A stretch of 64,000 nt of DNA. It comes from Obrimoposthia wandeli. Lineage: Eukaryota. A program made the position numbers and the translations under genes. The notes beneath the pieces are model-generated. The model had not been told where the DNA came from. It searched no databases and was given only the letters and a program-made list of their open reading frames with translations. The stretch is taken from positions 248,001 to 312,000 of the forward strand of contig CDROCS010003139.1 of NCBI GenBank assembly GCA_977020255.1. The letters are read 5' to 3'. This document shows positions 1-13,700 of the stretch, in pieces (positions within the stretch are counted from its first letter, which is position 1; each line of letters opens with the position of its first letter).

Positions 1-2805
1 TCGGCAACGCACAACACCATATGTATTGACATCATGTCTCCTTCTTCTCCATTCGATGTCAATGTGATGCATAGCCTTCTCGTGGCGCACATCTACCGCG
101 TCCGGAGCTGCCAACGCCAATCTATCCGCATCCCTCGCTTGGCCTCGTCGTCTGCCCAACAAGACATGCCGTCTGTCGCGTACCTGAAACACAAGGCTGC
201 AACGTTTTACCACATCGTCAATGGTATGTCGTCAGTCTCTGTGTTCCCGTCAAAGCCCAGCCTTGAAGAAAACTTCCGGTCCAAGTCTGCTGCTCCTCCT
301 CCAACTGACTGGTCTACGTGCCCAGTGTCAAGACAGGCCCGGTCTTCTCTTTCTCCATTCCTTCTGCTGATGACATTGTGGCATCTCTGTGACGCCTCAA
401 AAACTTAGCACCCTGCCTGGACAATATCTCATACAGGGACATCCTCTACTGCGATCCTGAAGGTCGCCTGCTGCACCGACTTTACAACAACATCTTCAGG
501 CGAAAAGATGTGCCAGCTTCCTGGAAAGAATTCCGCACGATCATGATCCCCAAGCCCGACAAGGAAGGCCAGTACAACGGGGTCAGCTCTTGGAGGCCAA
601 TAGCGATTTCGGAGACCCTCTACAAGGTTCTCACATTTTGCCTCTGCTCTCAGCTTCTCAAGTGGACAACGGACAACCAGCTTCTCCACAGTCTTCATCA
701 GAGTGCTGGGTCCTTTGAAGGTTGCGCTGAGCTTATTTTCCTTCTCCGAAGCGCCATCGAATACCAGATGCGCTCTCCCTGCAAAGCACTGCACATATGT
801 TTCCTAGACATAGCAGGTGCTTTTGGAATCATCCCTCTTTACCACATCACTGGCATTCTCTCGAGAATGGGGATGGACTCCAACTCAGTGGCCATCATCA
901 AGACCGTGTATGCAGACTGTGCCTCCCACTACATCTGCAGTCCGGTGCTGACAGAAGCCATCGATATTAGAGTTGGAGTCAGACAAGGTTGTCCTCTATC
1001 GATGCTTTTCTTCAACATCGGCATCAATCCTGTCATCACCGAGATCTGCAATGTTCCACATTCTGGCTTCCGCATGTACACAGACAACATCGACTGTCTT
1101 GCGTATGCCGATGATCTGGCTCTGTTGGCAGTCACACAGGAAAACCTCTAGTCGATGGTGTCACGTGCCACAGAAGTCGAAACTTGGAGTGGTCTCAAGT
1201 TCCGCCTATCCAAATGTGGCTATCTCTCGTTCTCTGATCACACTGACAGTCTTCTCGTCTATGATCAGCCGATCCCACGAGTGTCTCACTCCACCTACCG
1301 CTATCTCGGTGTCGCGTTCGGACATTTCCAGCGCCAGGAGCCTCATGCTTTGCTCAACACCGCCCTGTCAGACATGAAGAAGATTCAGCTTAGCTCCCTT
1401 CACCCGTGGCAAAAGATTGATGCGTACAAGACGTTCATCCATTCGAGACTTGTCTTTGCGTTCCGCACTTCATGGATTCGAATTCGTCATTTTAATGCTT
1501 ACGGTCGATCTGAAGCTCATGAAGGTGACATTGGCTATGATCCGCGCATGCGCAACATCATCTGATCAGTCATGCACTTGCCTACTACCAACACAAAGGC
1601 GTATCTGTACAGTCCCAAGCAGCTCACTGGTATCGGTCTAGTATCCGCTCGCGATGAATACCCTGTCCAATCTGTCACCAAAGTTTTCCGAATGCTCACG
1701 TGTCTGGACTCTCGTGTTCGTATCGTGGCTCACAAGGAGCTCTGTGAAGTCAACATCGCCCAAACCCACATCCACCCATCTGCCTCTGAGATTGCTGATC
1801 GATGCTTTCTTAGCTGGCTCAATCAAGGTTCCGGCGATGAGCAGTTCCCGTTCTGGTGGTTCCGTGTCCGATCCAGCATTTTCTACCTACGCAAGATTGG
1901 TGTATCAGTCTGCTTCTGTGTGATGGAGCAACAGATCTGCCTGAAGATGAGTCTCTGCTCGGAAATTCAACATTCACAATCAAAAAGGATGAGCGCAAAT
2001 CGTGCTGTGTTATTCTCCACCGGCTCATCAGTCTCGCGCGCTTCAAGCTATGGAAGGCTCAGGAAAACGATGGTGTGCTTTCTCCCGCGCTGTCTGAAGA
2101 TCTGCGCTCCTTTCTCCTGATCTACGACGGCGGCATCAACTACCACGATTGGATTTTCGTTCATCGCGCACGCACCTAATCGCTACCGGTCAATTGTCGT
2201 AAAGGCCGACGTCATCCTCTGTCACGCAGCTGTCATTACTGTCCCAATGGACTCGAGATTTATATGCACATCTTCAGCATGTGTCCTCGGAATCAAGGAC
2301 TCCGAACGTCTCGTCACAATGCCGTGCTGAACCTCTTCTTCAAGCTGCTCCACCGCAGCTCTGAACCGACTGATGACGTCCGCATCCTCATCAACTCAGT
2401 CAGTCAGTACTCCGCGACCGCCCTTCGCGTCGACGTTCAGATCATCAATGAGAGACGGCACTCTGTCGTTCTCCTCGACTACAAGTGCCCTTACGACGTT
2501 GTGGAAAACATTGACCACAGTTGTTTCCTCAACGTCGATAAGTACACCACGCTGGCCAACGAGGTCTGCGCCGCTCTCCCGGATTGACGAGTCACTCTGG
2601 ACACGATCTTAGTCATCTGTCTCAGCAGCTGGGCCCGAGAGAACGACGCAGTTCTGCATTTGCTCCACGTCTCTCCAAGTCGCGCCAGTCAGTTCATCCG
2701 TGACGCGGCCGCAGCCGTCATCCGCTGGAGTCGAGAGTGCTGGCAGTTTCACAGTACCGGCTTGCTCTCCTCCATTTCCGTGGTCACTGATCCCGTAACT
2801 CGCTA
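1..2805 (+). mobile_element. Non-LTR retrotransposon with restriction-like endonuclease (R2 superfamily, NeSL/Utopia-like), decayed by frameshifts and stops; 5' end probably outside window
   Basis: RT motifs WKEFRTIMIPK, WRPIAI, FLDIAGAF, GVRQGCPLS, AYADDL, YRYLG (about 400-1320); LYSPKQLTGIGL; DWIFVHRAR; zinc knuckle CHYC..HIFSMC..RHN; RLE RVDVQI..LLDYKCPYD..KY; ORF ends near 2805. Confidence 0.93.
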
Positions 2806-4330
2806 AACATTCACAGCGTTTTGATTTTCTCACTGTTTTGTGTCCTCTTTCATGCTGTATAGTTTGTAAATATTGTCGTTTTCTCTTTTTATTTTTTGCC
2901 TCCTTGGCAGCTAGGAAACTGATAGTTGAGTGATAAAGTTATTATACATAATATATTTTGATCATGTGTGTGCAGAGCCGGGAATTACCTGTGCATTTGC
3001 AAAAACAGTCCCCCATTACCGCTGCAGTCCTGCTAATCTCAGAATACAACACCACTCGAAAGTTGATGTGGATTTTTTTTGTCGAATGTAGGTTTGCTGT
3101 CCACTCTCCACTGGACTATATAATAGTTATTGTTAGATAAATAATTATAATTATAATCTCTCAATAAACTAATTAATTGAATGTTTGTACCTGTATGATT
3201 GCATAACTAATTGTCTCCATATTATTACACAACTACCTGCATTTCCCAACAGTGCGCTTTACTTTACAGAACAAGGACTGCAAATTTGGTGTTTAATACA
3301 TTTTGAATTATTATACACTGTATAATATACAGACTTAACAGTTATCTTAGACTGTATTCACTACTATTAATTTTTAGAATCAAATTCGCCATTTTTACAA
3401 TCAACAAAACCATTTGATATTTATCAAATAATTTTGGAAATTCCCCATTTTTTTAGTCAACAATTTGATTCAACTCTTTTTAAAAAATCTAGCTGATTGG
3501 ATTTTTTGGTTTTCCGTTTTAAAAAACGCGGTTTTATTAATATTAACACATGTGTTATACGACGTTTGAATATTACATTCAATATAGTGGGTTTTAATTT
3601 GATAAGCTTATCATCTAAATAAAACTTTTCAAATATAACTTCTCACTTATATTTAATGTATTTAACTAATAAATCTGCATTATCACTATTAAAATTATCA
3701 GTAAACCTAATTGAATATTTAAATTAGTTGTTTTATAAGGATAATAATAAAAAGTCGTCAACTGATAATTTGGGAGAATTGATGACTTGTAAAACTCCAT
3801 TATCATCAGATTCTAAGTAACCATCGTCATTTACTGTATTAAAAAATAAAACCCATTTGATGACATCTGAATATAGAATTTATTTTATATCTGATTTAAA
3901 AAGAATGGTATTTCTTTCTTATTTAGTTAGATTAACATCGATTTTAACTATATTTTTACTTTGTAATATTTCCAAATGAGATATCTTTTGTTTTGATGGG
4001 GGCTCTGTTAGGTTGAGGTTTTAAATTGATTTAAATTGAATTGTAGTCGTAATAGTATCTATAATTTAATTAAGTGAACTTTCGATTTTTTTAAATTGAG
4101 TTATGATAGATATTACTTTTTATGAATAGTAACAAGGAGTACCCCTCAAAAAATTACGAATAGTCTAAAAGTCCATGATTCATACCTAAAATTCATATCT
4201 AAGCTAGTAACTAGGAGTACCCTTCAGGACAGTGACCATTAAGCTGCCGCCAAGCCGCTGAATCGTCACTTTACACTACTATCCTATAAAAAAATATTGA
4301 AAGACGTTTAAAAATCCATTAATCACTCGA

Positions 4331-4336
4331 TTTATT
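4331..4336 (-). terminator. Candidate polyadenylation signal AATAAA of the host gene
   Basis: AATAAA on the minus strand about 85 nt after the stop codon. Confidence 0.45.
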
Positions 4337-4419
4337 CAATAAATGCAGACTAGATAGCGAGAGGAAACTACAACTGTAAATGCAGAGGGAAAATCCCTTA
4401 GAAACAAAAGCGGCTACAC

Positions 4420-4773
4420 TCAATCATCGAAGCTGTAATCAAATGATCCTCGATTGAGAAATGAAGAGTCATTGAGAAAAGGTTTCGAGGCATCTGGATC
4501 GTCCTCTTCTGGTTCATTGTTGTCATCCTCGAAAGTGGGCTCGTCATGGAACATGGAGTCGTCGTCTTTGATCGAGAAGTTGAAGGAATCCCTGAGAATG
4601 AAGGAGGCGCTGTCCTCAGGATTGTACACGCTACTGTGATCCAGCGGTCGTCTGCTACACTTCTCGATGCTGGGATCACTCGACAACGAGTCATTGTCTC
4701 CGTCCCCTTTCTGGTCGGCGTCGACGTCGTCGTCATTTTCATTCAGGCCCAACTGGCTGCCGTCACAAATGGC
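4420..4773 (-). CDS. Host gene last exon 12 (AICDGSQLG...YSFDD*), acidic
   Basis: attcag| acceptor, open to TGA 4420; this frame is disrupted in the duplicate copy at 9.3-10 kb but intact here. Confidence 0.72.
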   Translation of the reverse strand, partial: AICDGSQLGLNENDDDVDADQKGDGDNDSLSSDPSIEKCSRRPLDHSSVYNPEDSASFILRDSFNFSIKDDDSMFHDEPTFEDDNNEPEEDDPDASKPFLNDSSFLNRGSFDYSFDD

Positions 4774-7700
4774 CTGAATATGGTTGCAATCAAGTTCAGG
4801 AGGTATCAAAGAGCCTTCAACTCGAATCGAATAACTAACTTCAACAAAACAGCTATAAAACAACTCATTTAATGGACGAATTGCAACATTATCAGAAATT
4901 ATAAAGCCAGATTTAACTTATCCCGGAACAAAGTCAACCTGATTGAGAATGTCATCGTCATCTGCAAGAATGTCTGCAGCCTCCAGAGTGTTGTCTACAT
5001 GCGCAGTAGCGTCAGAAATCGTCTGAGACTGAGCATTGCTGTCATTGGTGTAGTTCAGCACACTGAACCGTCGCTTGTCATCACCCAGAGACAACCCATC
5101 TCCATCACAGGTGCCATGGCTGGATAAACCCTTCAGACAGTCGCAGTCTAGTATATCGCCAAACTGGGTGATCTCCGAAGATTCGATGGGAGACCGCTCC
5201 CCAATGTTCTCCAGGTAAGGGCTGCCAATGTTCAGATGTTTCAGCGACTTTTGCTTGTTAGACCGATCCAGTAACATCGGACGATCCGGGAGTCTGATGT
5301 GGGGTTCTATGTAACAAAGTTCTTACTTGTGTCTGCAGAAGTCAGTGACTCATTCCGAAGTTCATCTTTCAAATTTCAAGGTTCATCTTTGGTTTTATTG
5401 CTTTGTTGTAAGAAAAATCATGTAAAATACAGGCACTTCAAGTATTACATGAAGATGGGGTTCAAAATGAGCATAAATTATTTTGTACACGATTCAGGAA
5501 CATGTGCTTATATAAATTGCACATACCACATATTAAATTACAGAAATATATTATTATGACTGAAACACATTGAATTGACAACATAATTGTAAAGTTAAAT
5601 TATAGAATCAATAAAATAAAGCTGAAATGATTTTTTTTGCCATTCACATCATTTGGTTTTAACAAAAATTTCATCTATATCTTTTAGAAACTCTATAATC
5701 TATTCAAGTGCCAATAAAATAGAAGTTGCATATAATCATTATTATTTTGTGTCAATAAAAATATTCATGTAATAATATCCTGAAAAATCGCTGACACATT
5801 AGTCAAAGCTAAATTAAATATTGATCCTTTTTAAATACAATATTTATTTACTAATGTGAATATTTCATTTGTAATTTCTCCGTTAAAATAAGAACATACA
5901 AATAAAATCCCTTACCCCTCTCCAGAAGACTGAAATCTCGAAATACGATGAATCTGAATAAAAATATAGTTTGTAATGTAAACAATTTAAATATTTAGTT
6001 GTAGTACATTATTTAACAGATAGAACAAATTTTAATAAAATATTCGAAGTTTTAAACTTTTTTTCTCCAGAAAATCATACACTATATTGATATCATGTAT
6101 CAAGTAAAACAAACTTAAACAATAAGAAAATACATAAGTCATTTTCGTCAAGTCATAAGTGAAGATATTTATCCGTAATTTAAATGTCACCATATAATCT
6201 ATTTATAATCTATTAAATATGCAATAACTAAATCCAAGGCATATTTGTTACAATTTATTATTCCCAGACATCTGTATTTTCTGAAATCATGCATATAAAA
6301 AATATGTTTAATATATTGATTTGCTTAGTAGATTTAAAATTAATGTGAAACTAATCTTTAATTTTCCGGAAATTTAATTATTAATAATGATAGTTAAATT
6401 ACAAACTCACATCCAATTTCTTTACGCTGTTTAATCCGTTTATGATATCCTGCTTTGTCTGAGCATCGTTAACGATACCCAATGTACTGTAGAGACTGTC
6501 AGGATATTCTGACAGAAATAAGGTAACATCAATGAAATATGAACATCAAGAATTAAACAATATCGAAATTTAAAACAAATAATAGATTTTTTACTGCCTT
6601 TTAAATGTTTTTAAAATAAATTTTATAATACAAGACAATGTTTGAAATAACAAAACATGATAGACATATAATGGTAGTAACAATAAGATGGATTAAATAA
6701 ATTACTATACAATACTATGACAGCATAAAAATTTCGAATTAAAATAATTCCATTATACTTAAAAATAAATCCGAACCCGATAATTCCATCTCCTCAGAGA
6801 TCTTCGATTCCCATTGCTTTACAAATCCCGATAATACATTAACAGATCTCATATCTGTGTTCAACTTATTTATATCTTGAAGAAAATATTTATATAGATC
6901 TTCCTTTTTGGTTCTAATTAAAAATTAATTTAAAGGTATAATAATATAACATTACTTAAGTTTCTCAAATAAAATTTTTATATCGTCATTGAGAACTTTA
7001 ACCTCATAAACATCTGTAATGTTTTCTTTGTTAGATCTAAATTAACAGTTACAAATTGTACAATTGTATTTAGCAAACCCATCTCTGTTGATAAAATTTC
7101 CATTTAAATCTTCGATTTCAACATCATTTATACGTTTAATATATCTAAGAAAGTCTTAAACAAATATAAGCTCTAGAACTTGATCAAAACCTACCTTCTG
7201 CAGTTAACTCACTAAGGGAATTATTTTCTTTTATTCTATCATAGTTGGTCTCTACAATTTGAGTAAACTTACTTACTTTATACAAAAACAAACTTAGTTT
7301 AAATAAATTAGCTATTAAAGTATCAATTTTAGACTTTGAATCATTAGTTTGAGACATTTGTAAAATATTTAATTTCTCAGATTATTTAAAATTTTAATTT
7401 TAATTATTGCGGCGCTAATAAAATATTAAAACAAATAAGATCACAGACTAAAATATTTTTTAAAAATTATGAACTACCAAAAAAATATGAAAAAATAAAT
7501 ATATAAAATGTTCAAAATCTGAACTACACATAAATTAGTAATAAAATATCGATTTATTTCATTTTTGCTTGAAATTTTTTAAACTTTTTTATTAAGAAAT
7601 ATCCACAAAAATGTGATTTTTGTTAATTAAAACGTTAATTAATTAAACTTTAAAGAATAATTTCTAGACATCTAAAAGTCGCACCTAAATAAACAAAACA

Positions 7701-10700
7701 TTATTTTAAAGCATAAATTATTTCCAATTGAAAAATGTATGTCTCATCAAAATCACACATTTGGGTAAAAAAGTCCTATAGTATAAGAAGTACATAAAAC
7801 TTTACAATACTAACAAGCAGAAACACCTGCTAACGGGTTACCCGATGGAACTTAAGTGGGCAAATTATCTAGATGACCTAATCTAGATTAAACTAATCTA
7901 AAGCTGCGACAGGAACACTCTGGCATTGCATGAGATAAGGGTAAATAAAAACCCTATATTTTTGGAAATTAGGGATACAATAATTTTACTTGGACATCGT
8001 GACTGACCTCCTCCTACGAAAACTCCTACAGGTCATTATTTTTATTTTTTGTTTTTAAATATATTATGTTCATGTGTTCATGTGTTAAAATATTGAAATT
8101 TTTATTTTAAGTAACTCTCATAATTTTTTGGCATCCTGGTCATTTTTTTTGTATATGTTGGGTTATTAATTAATAAAATAATTAATTTTTAGTCAATTTA
8201 AATTGACATTTAAAAATTAATCTAAAGTTCCCACAATTAGGGAGGAATTCCATTTTAGCCTCCGACGGGGTAAAATCAGGGAGGCGGCAGAAAAAATGCA
8301 TAAAAGAGAAAAGATAAGGAAGTGCTTTTAACTGAAAATTACCGCCCAGTAGCAGCGACCTATCTTCTCAGCCTTCCTACATCATCATCCGGAGAGGCAA
8401 CAGCCTCATCATCATCAACATCCAGAATCAACAATCAGCAACATCATCACGCAACACACACTCTTGTGCCTATACGTGGACCCAACACACACTCTCTCTC
8501 TCCTGTCGCGGGCACACAAAGTTCTCGGTCTCCCTCTGCTGCATTATTATTATCAGGTATCTACTATTTAAGAATGTATTCATAATTTTTTAGGTGACAA
8601 TTAGATCGGTAGTTTATTGTATTATTTGACTTTATAACGTTGAAATATTATCTTGACAATTGCGAATTATTATATTTAACTGAACAAAATACAAACAAAA
8701 AGTGGAACAATATATTATCCAAGATTTAATTCATTGTTGTCCCTATTGATCAGAACCATTATAACATATGTAATAAAATTATATTACAATTTTGTATTTA
8801 ATAAAGCCCAACAAAACGAAGATCTATATAAATATTTTTTTCAAGATATAAATAAATTGAACACCGATATAAGATCTGTTAATGTATTATTAAGATTTGT
8901 AAAGCAATGAGAATCGAAGATGGAATGATCAGGTTAGGATTTATTTTAAAGTATAATGAAATTATTTTATTCCAAACTTTTATGCTATCAAAGTATTGTA
9001 TAGTCATTTATATTATCCATCTTATTGTTTTTACCATTATATGTCTATCATGTTTCTCAGACGATTTTTGACGCTACTGCGCACGGAGACAACACTCTCG
9101 AGGCTGCAGACATTCTTGCAGATGACGATGATATTCTCAATCAGGTTGACTTTGTTCCAGGATAAGTTAAATCTGGCTTTATAATTTCTGATAATTTTGC
9201 AATTCGTCCATTAAATGAGTTGTTTTATAGCTGTTTTGTTGAAGTTAGATATTCGATTCGAGTTGAAGGTTCTTTGATACCTCCTGAACTTGATTGCAAC
9301 CATATTCAGGCCATTTGTGACGGCAGCCAGTTGAGCCTGAATGAAAATGACGACGACGTCGACGCCGACCAGAAAGGGGACGGAGACAATGACTCGTTGT
9401 CGAGTGATCCCAGCATCGAGAAGTGTAGCAGACGACCACTGGATCACAGCAGCGTGTATAATCCTGAGGACAGCGCCTCCTTCATATCAGGGTTTCCTTC
9501 AACTTCTCGATCAAAGACGACGATTCCATGTTCCATGACGAGCTCACTATCGAGGATGACAATAATGAATCAGAAGAGGACGATCCAGAGGCCTCGAAAC
9601 CTTTTCTCGATGACTCTTCATTTCTCAATCGAGGATTTTTTGGGTCGGAGGGTAGAGCACAAATAAAACTTCATAATGTTCTTAATTGAACATAATCAAA
9701 AACATCAAAAAATCGATACAATTTTTAAATCATCAGTTTTATAATATTAACTTCTTTCTGTGGTTTCCGACCACCTTAATAAAACAATATAAACTTTTAG
9801 GTTCTTCTTCTTTCACCACTTTCACTACCTACCCATCATCGTCATCTCATTGCCCCCTATTTTATTAATAAATTTTTACTGTTCTTGATTTGTTTCTGCC
9901 AATAATAATCAACTCTTCAACAAGGATCATTTGATTACAGCTTCGATGATTGAGTATCGCCACTTATGTTACTAAGGGATATTCCCTCTGCATTTATAGT
10001 TGTAGTTTCAGATCGTTATCTAGTCTGCATTTATTGAATAAATCGAGTGATTATGGGATTTTTTTAAAATTGATGTGATATGTTTAGAGTAATGGTCTGA
10101 AACTTTTTAACATATACGAAACACTTACGCTATTCCCAGAATTTCTCAGAATATATAACTGACAAAAAATTAAGCAGCAAAATTAATTTCATTTCTAAAT
10201 CAATAATTACACTGTTTTTGTAAAATAAAGTGCTGCTTGAGCTGATGTTTGTTTGATCGAGATATAATTTAAGCAATACTGAGCATTCCGTATCCACTGA
10301 TGCAACATGAAAGCGATGGAAGGTTTCATGAGGTCTGTTGGCATGATATTTTTTTAATGTCTGCTAAAATCCAGTAAAAAACTGGAGATTTTTAATACGA
10401 TCTGTTATATTCAGGCATACTGTCTATTTAATTATCTTTTTTAACATTTTGTTAATATATTAACAAAAAATCAGTATTCATTACAACGATAAGTTGAAAC
10501 AAAGATAAGAATAAGTATCTTATGACGCCATTTGCTTTAAATTTCATTCTTAACCAGTTGAAACACGAGTCCAGTATGGGTTTAGCCACTCTATACACAT
10601 GGACTGTCTTTTATGTCAATAGTCCAAATCAATAGTCAATAATACAATAAAAATTTCACTGATTTGCCCTACGAAAATTTGTCTTTAAATTGGTGATGCA

Positions 10701-13700
10701 TTGTCCCAGTTCAATTGTGTATAATTCTTCAATTAGTGTTATTTATAGTTTTTTAGTTTTAGTAAAAAATTTGATAATTTACTGGCACATAATCTCCAGG
10801 TTATAAGTACAAAAGTGTTTTTTAAACAACATGCAGGTTAGTAATAAAGAAAGTAATAAATTGTTATTTATAAAACAAACATTTAAATAAAATTAATATC
10901 CAATTAAAGTTTATTAATCAAATCCCTATATTATGTGCGGATTATGTGCCAGAAAATACATCAAATAGATTATTGAAAAAATCTAAAACCGTGAAATTAT
11001 TTGTATTGCTAATACAGATCAACTCTAAAATGTTATTCAATTTCTTTCATATTTCTTTATTCGTAAACACTGGCTTGTAGTTTTCTAAATATAAATGAGA
11101 AAATATTAGAAACCTAATTAAATTTCATATAAAAAGCTTATTAAGTAAACCAGATTCGATATAGAAGAATAAAGGGATGTGAGTTTATGATAGGGCAAGT
11201 TCGAGATCTTTTGAAACTGATAACTAAATCTTTGTATCATTTCCATAATGGTGGAAATTGAAATTTTCTTTCTTTTATTGCAAATATTTTTTACATTCTG
11301 TATAGTCATGATATATTCTAGGAAAGCTGTATAAGGAGCATACGAAGTTATCTTTTGACAGTCGGCTCGTTCTATTTGTTCAATATTTGAGATATCTATT
11401 GTGGTTAAGTTATTCCTGAATGTTCTTTCAAAGAAACCACTAAAGCGTAGAACATAAAATTTTCTGAAAATCATTTTTCAGTGATTTCCTAAACATAAGA
11501 AATCAAGTCAAAAACAATCTTAACCAATGTAGAATTTAATATATATGGTTCCAATAGTGTATATTTAGATTTTAATTATACTTTACCTTATGTTCAACTA
11601 AAAGTAACAAATCGAGATAGTATAAATTTAACAGATAATGCAGACGTAATGCACGATGATTATTTCTTTAATTCTTTGTTTAATGATGCTGTTGTTAATC
11701 TTAATAATGTTAAAATTGAAAGTAAAAATTCTTCCTGTGCTCATAAAGCTTTTATAGAAAGTTTATTGAATTATATTACTGATACTAAAAATACTAATTT
11801 GTCTACAATTGGTTTAGAAAAAACTGCTGCAACTCGATGAATGGATTGCAGGTTTTAAATCTTATGAAATGTATTGATCACTGAGACTAAATTTCTTTGA
11901 GAAATCTAAATGTTTAATTCACCCTGTTAATGTGCATCTTAAAAATGGAATAAATTAAAATTTTCTTTGTTAAGCATAGTAATTCTAAGACCAATTCTTG
12001 ACATTTTGAATTCAAAATGGTATATTTTAATAGTTAAAACTGAGCAATCTGTTTTAATAGCATAAAGTATTTGAATGAAATAAAACAATGCTTGTTATCA
12101 TGAGATAAAACGTAAACCCTACTCTTTGGCTACGAGTACGCAATCTTTTAATTAGGATAAAATTACTACCCAAATTATTTGTCATTTTATTTCAAATTTC
12201 AGCAAAGTTTTTAAGAAATTATACAGTACATGTTACACGATTTGATAATCTGACTACAGTGACACTTTTCAGAAATATTGATTATCATAAAACTTAAAAA
12301 GCAGTTTTTCAAAGAAACTTTTATGTATGTGCTTATAAACAGACCAATATTAAAAAATGGGTTAACTACATAAAAATATAAATATTGATGTTTCTTTTAA
12401 TGAGTTTAAAAGTCACTGTTCATTCTTCACTTTTGTTTTGGAGCCTGACTTTGACATAAACCAATGCCAACTACCAAATGATGGAAATTTACAACTAGGA
12501 GTGAAATTCAATGCCACTTTAACAAATCCAACTACAGTGCTTATTCACGGAGTATTTGATTCGTATAAACAAATCAACAAAGCATGATAGTCGTAATATA
12601 CAATTTCTGGGAAAAAAAAGTATTACGTTTTTTATTTTTAAAATCTTTATTCATTTTATGCAATTCAATGCAAATACAAGAATAAACAGAGTTTAATTCA
12701 ATGGACTTTACCATTTTGATCGGATTCTTTTTTCAAACCTAGACTACATTATCAATACTCATACTTCAAATCTGTCAGGAGAACATTGAATATGAATTTA
12801 TTTTAAATGTTAAAAGTCATCAACTTGCAACATATTATCCACATAAGCTAGTTTCAATAGTCTAAAAGGGGGAAAATAGAATATTACAACAAGATATAAT
12901 ACTAGGGTCATGCAATAAGAAACTGAACATTTATGTATTTTATAGTTATCGTTACAAAATGATTAATGGGTTATAAAATATATATTTTATTTAAAAGCAT
13001 GTGTTTTATTTTTATTTTTGAAATCCCACAATAAACGAAAAATATAAAAAAGATACAAAACTTTTTAAAATATATAAATTTATTCTAACATCAGAAAATA
13101 TAATATAAATAGTAGTTATGCCAAAAATGAAAGTATTGTAAGAATGAAGTGCCATAGGAACATTAAATTTTATTAATATAATTAAAAAAATAAAAACATT
13201 TAAATTCTGAACTGTCCGTAGGCCAGACTCTTGTTATTTTCTACCTGATGAAAATTGTCATTATTATCACACAATGCTGTTTTATTCGATTTGTGGGAAT
13301 ATAGTTGTTAGATGCATGAAATAAATCTGATTGGATCGACATTTTTTATACACCCAGTATCATAATCTTTTCTATTGGCTTCACGTGTAAGATTGTTTCT
13401 TCTCACACCATTTGCTCTCAATGAACATGTATTATTATATGCATGCAACTGTAGCATTTTAGAAGAAAGAAAATACAATCATCGTTTCATCTTTAAATTT
13501 TCCGATAATATGCTTTAAACTCATAAAGTGTCGAGGGTGATTTACAGGATGTTTATGGATATCATGTAAGTTATCCCTAAACATTGCTGGTCAAAATTGA
13601 TTTTATTAAAAAACATTTGTACATTTAAAAACGTCAGTGTCCCCAGCAGCCATGTTGATCTCACAATTGAATTCATATCAATATTTTTCTAATTCATTAT

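Noticed and set aside
4398-4872. Overlapping ORFs in several frames and strands (4398-4742, 4454-4639, 4546-4872, and equivalents at 9.2-9.5 kb)
   Set aside because: Shadow ORFs of a GC-rich acidic exon; only the 4420 frame fits the splice chain
5307-5326. 20-nt gtaag..catag candidate micro-intron
   Set aside because: Its putative upstream exon has stops in all frames and no good acceptor; the AG works better as the acceptor of the longer intron from 5915
11118-11474. 118-aa minus-strand ORF next to Polinton copy A
   Set aside because: No recognisable motif, no homolog in copies B or C, and no fit to the host exon chain
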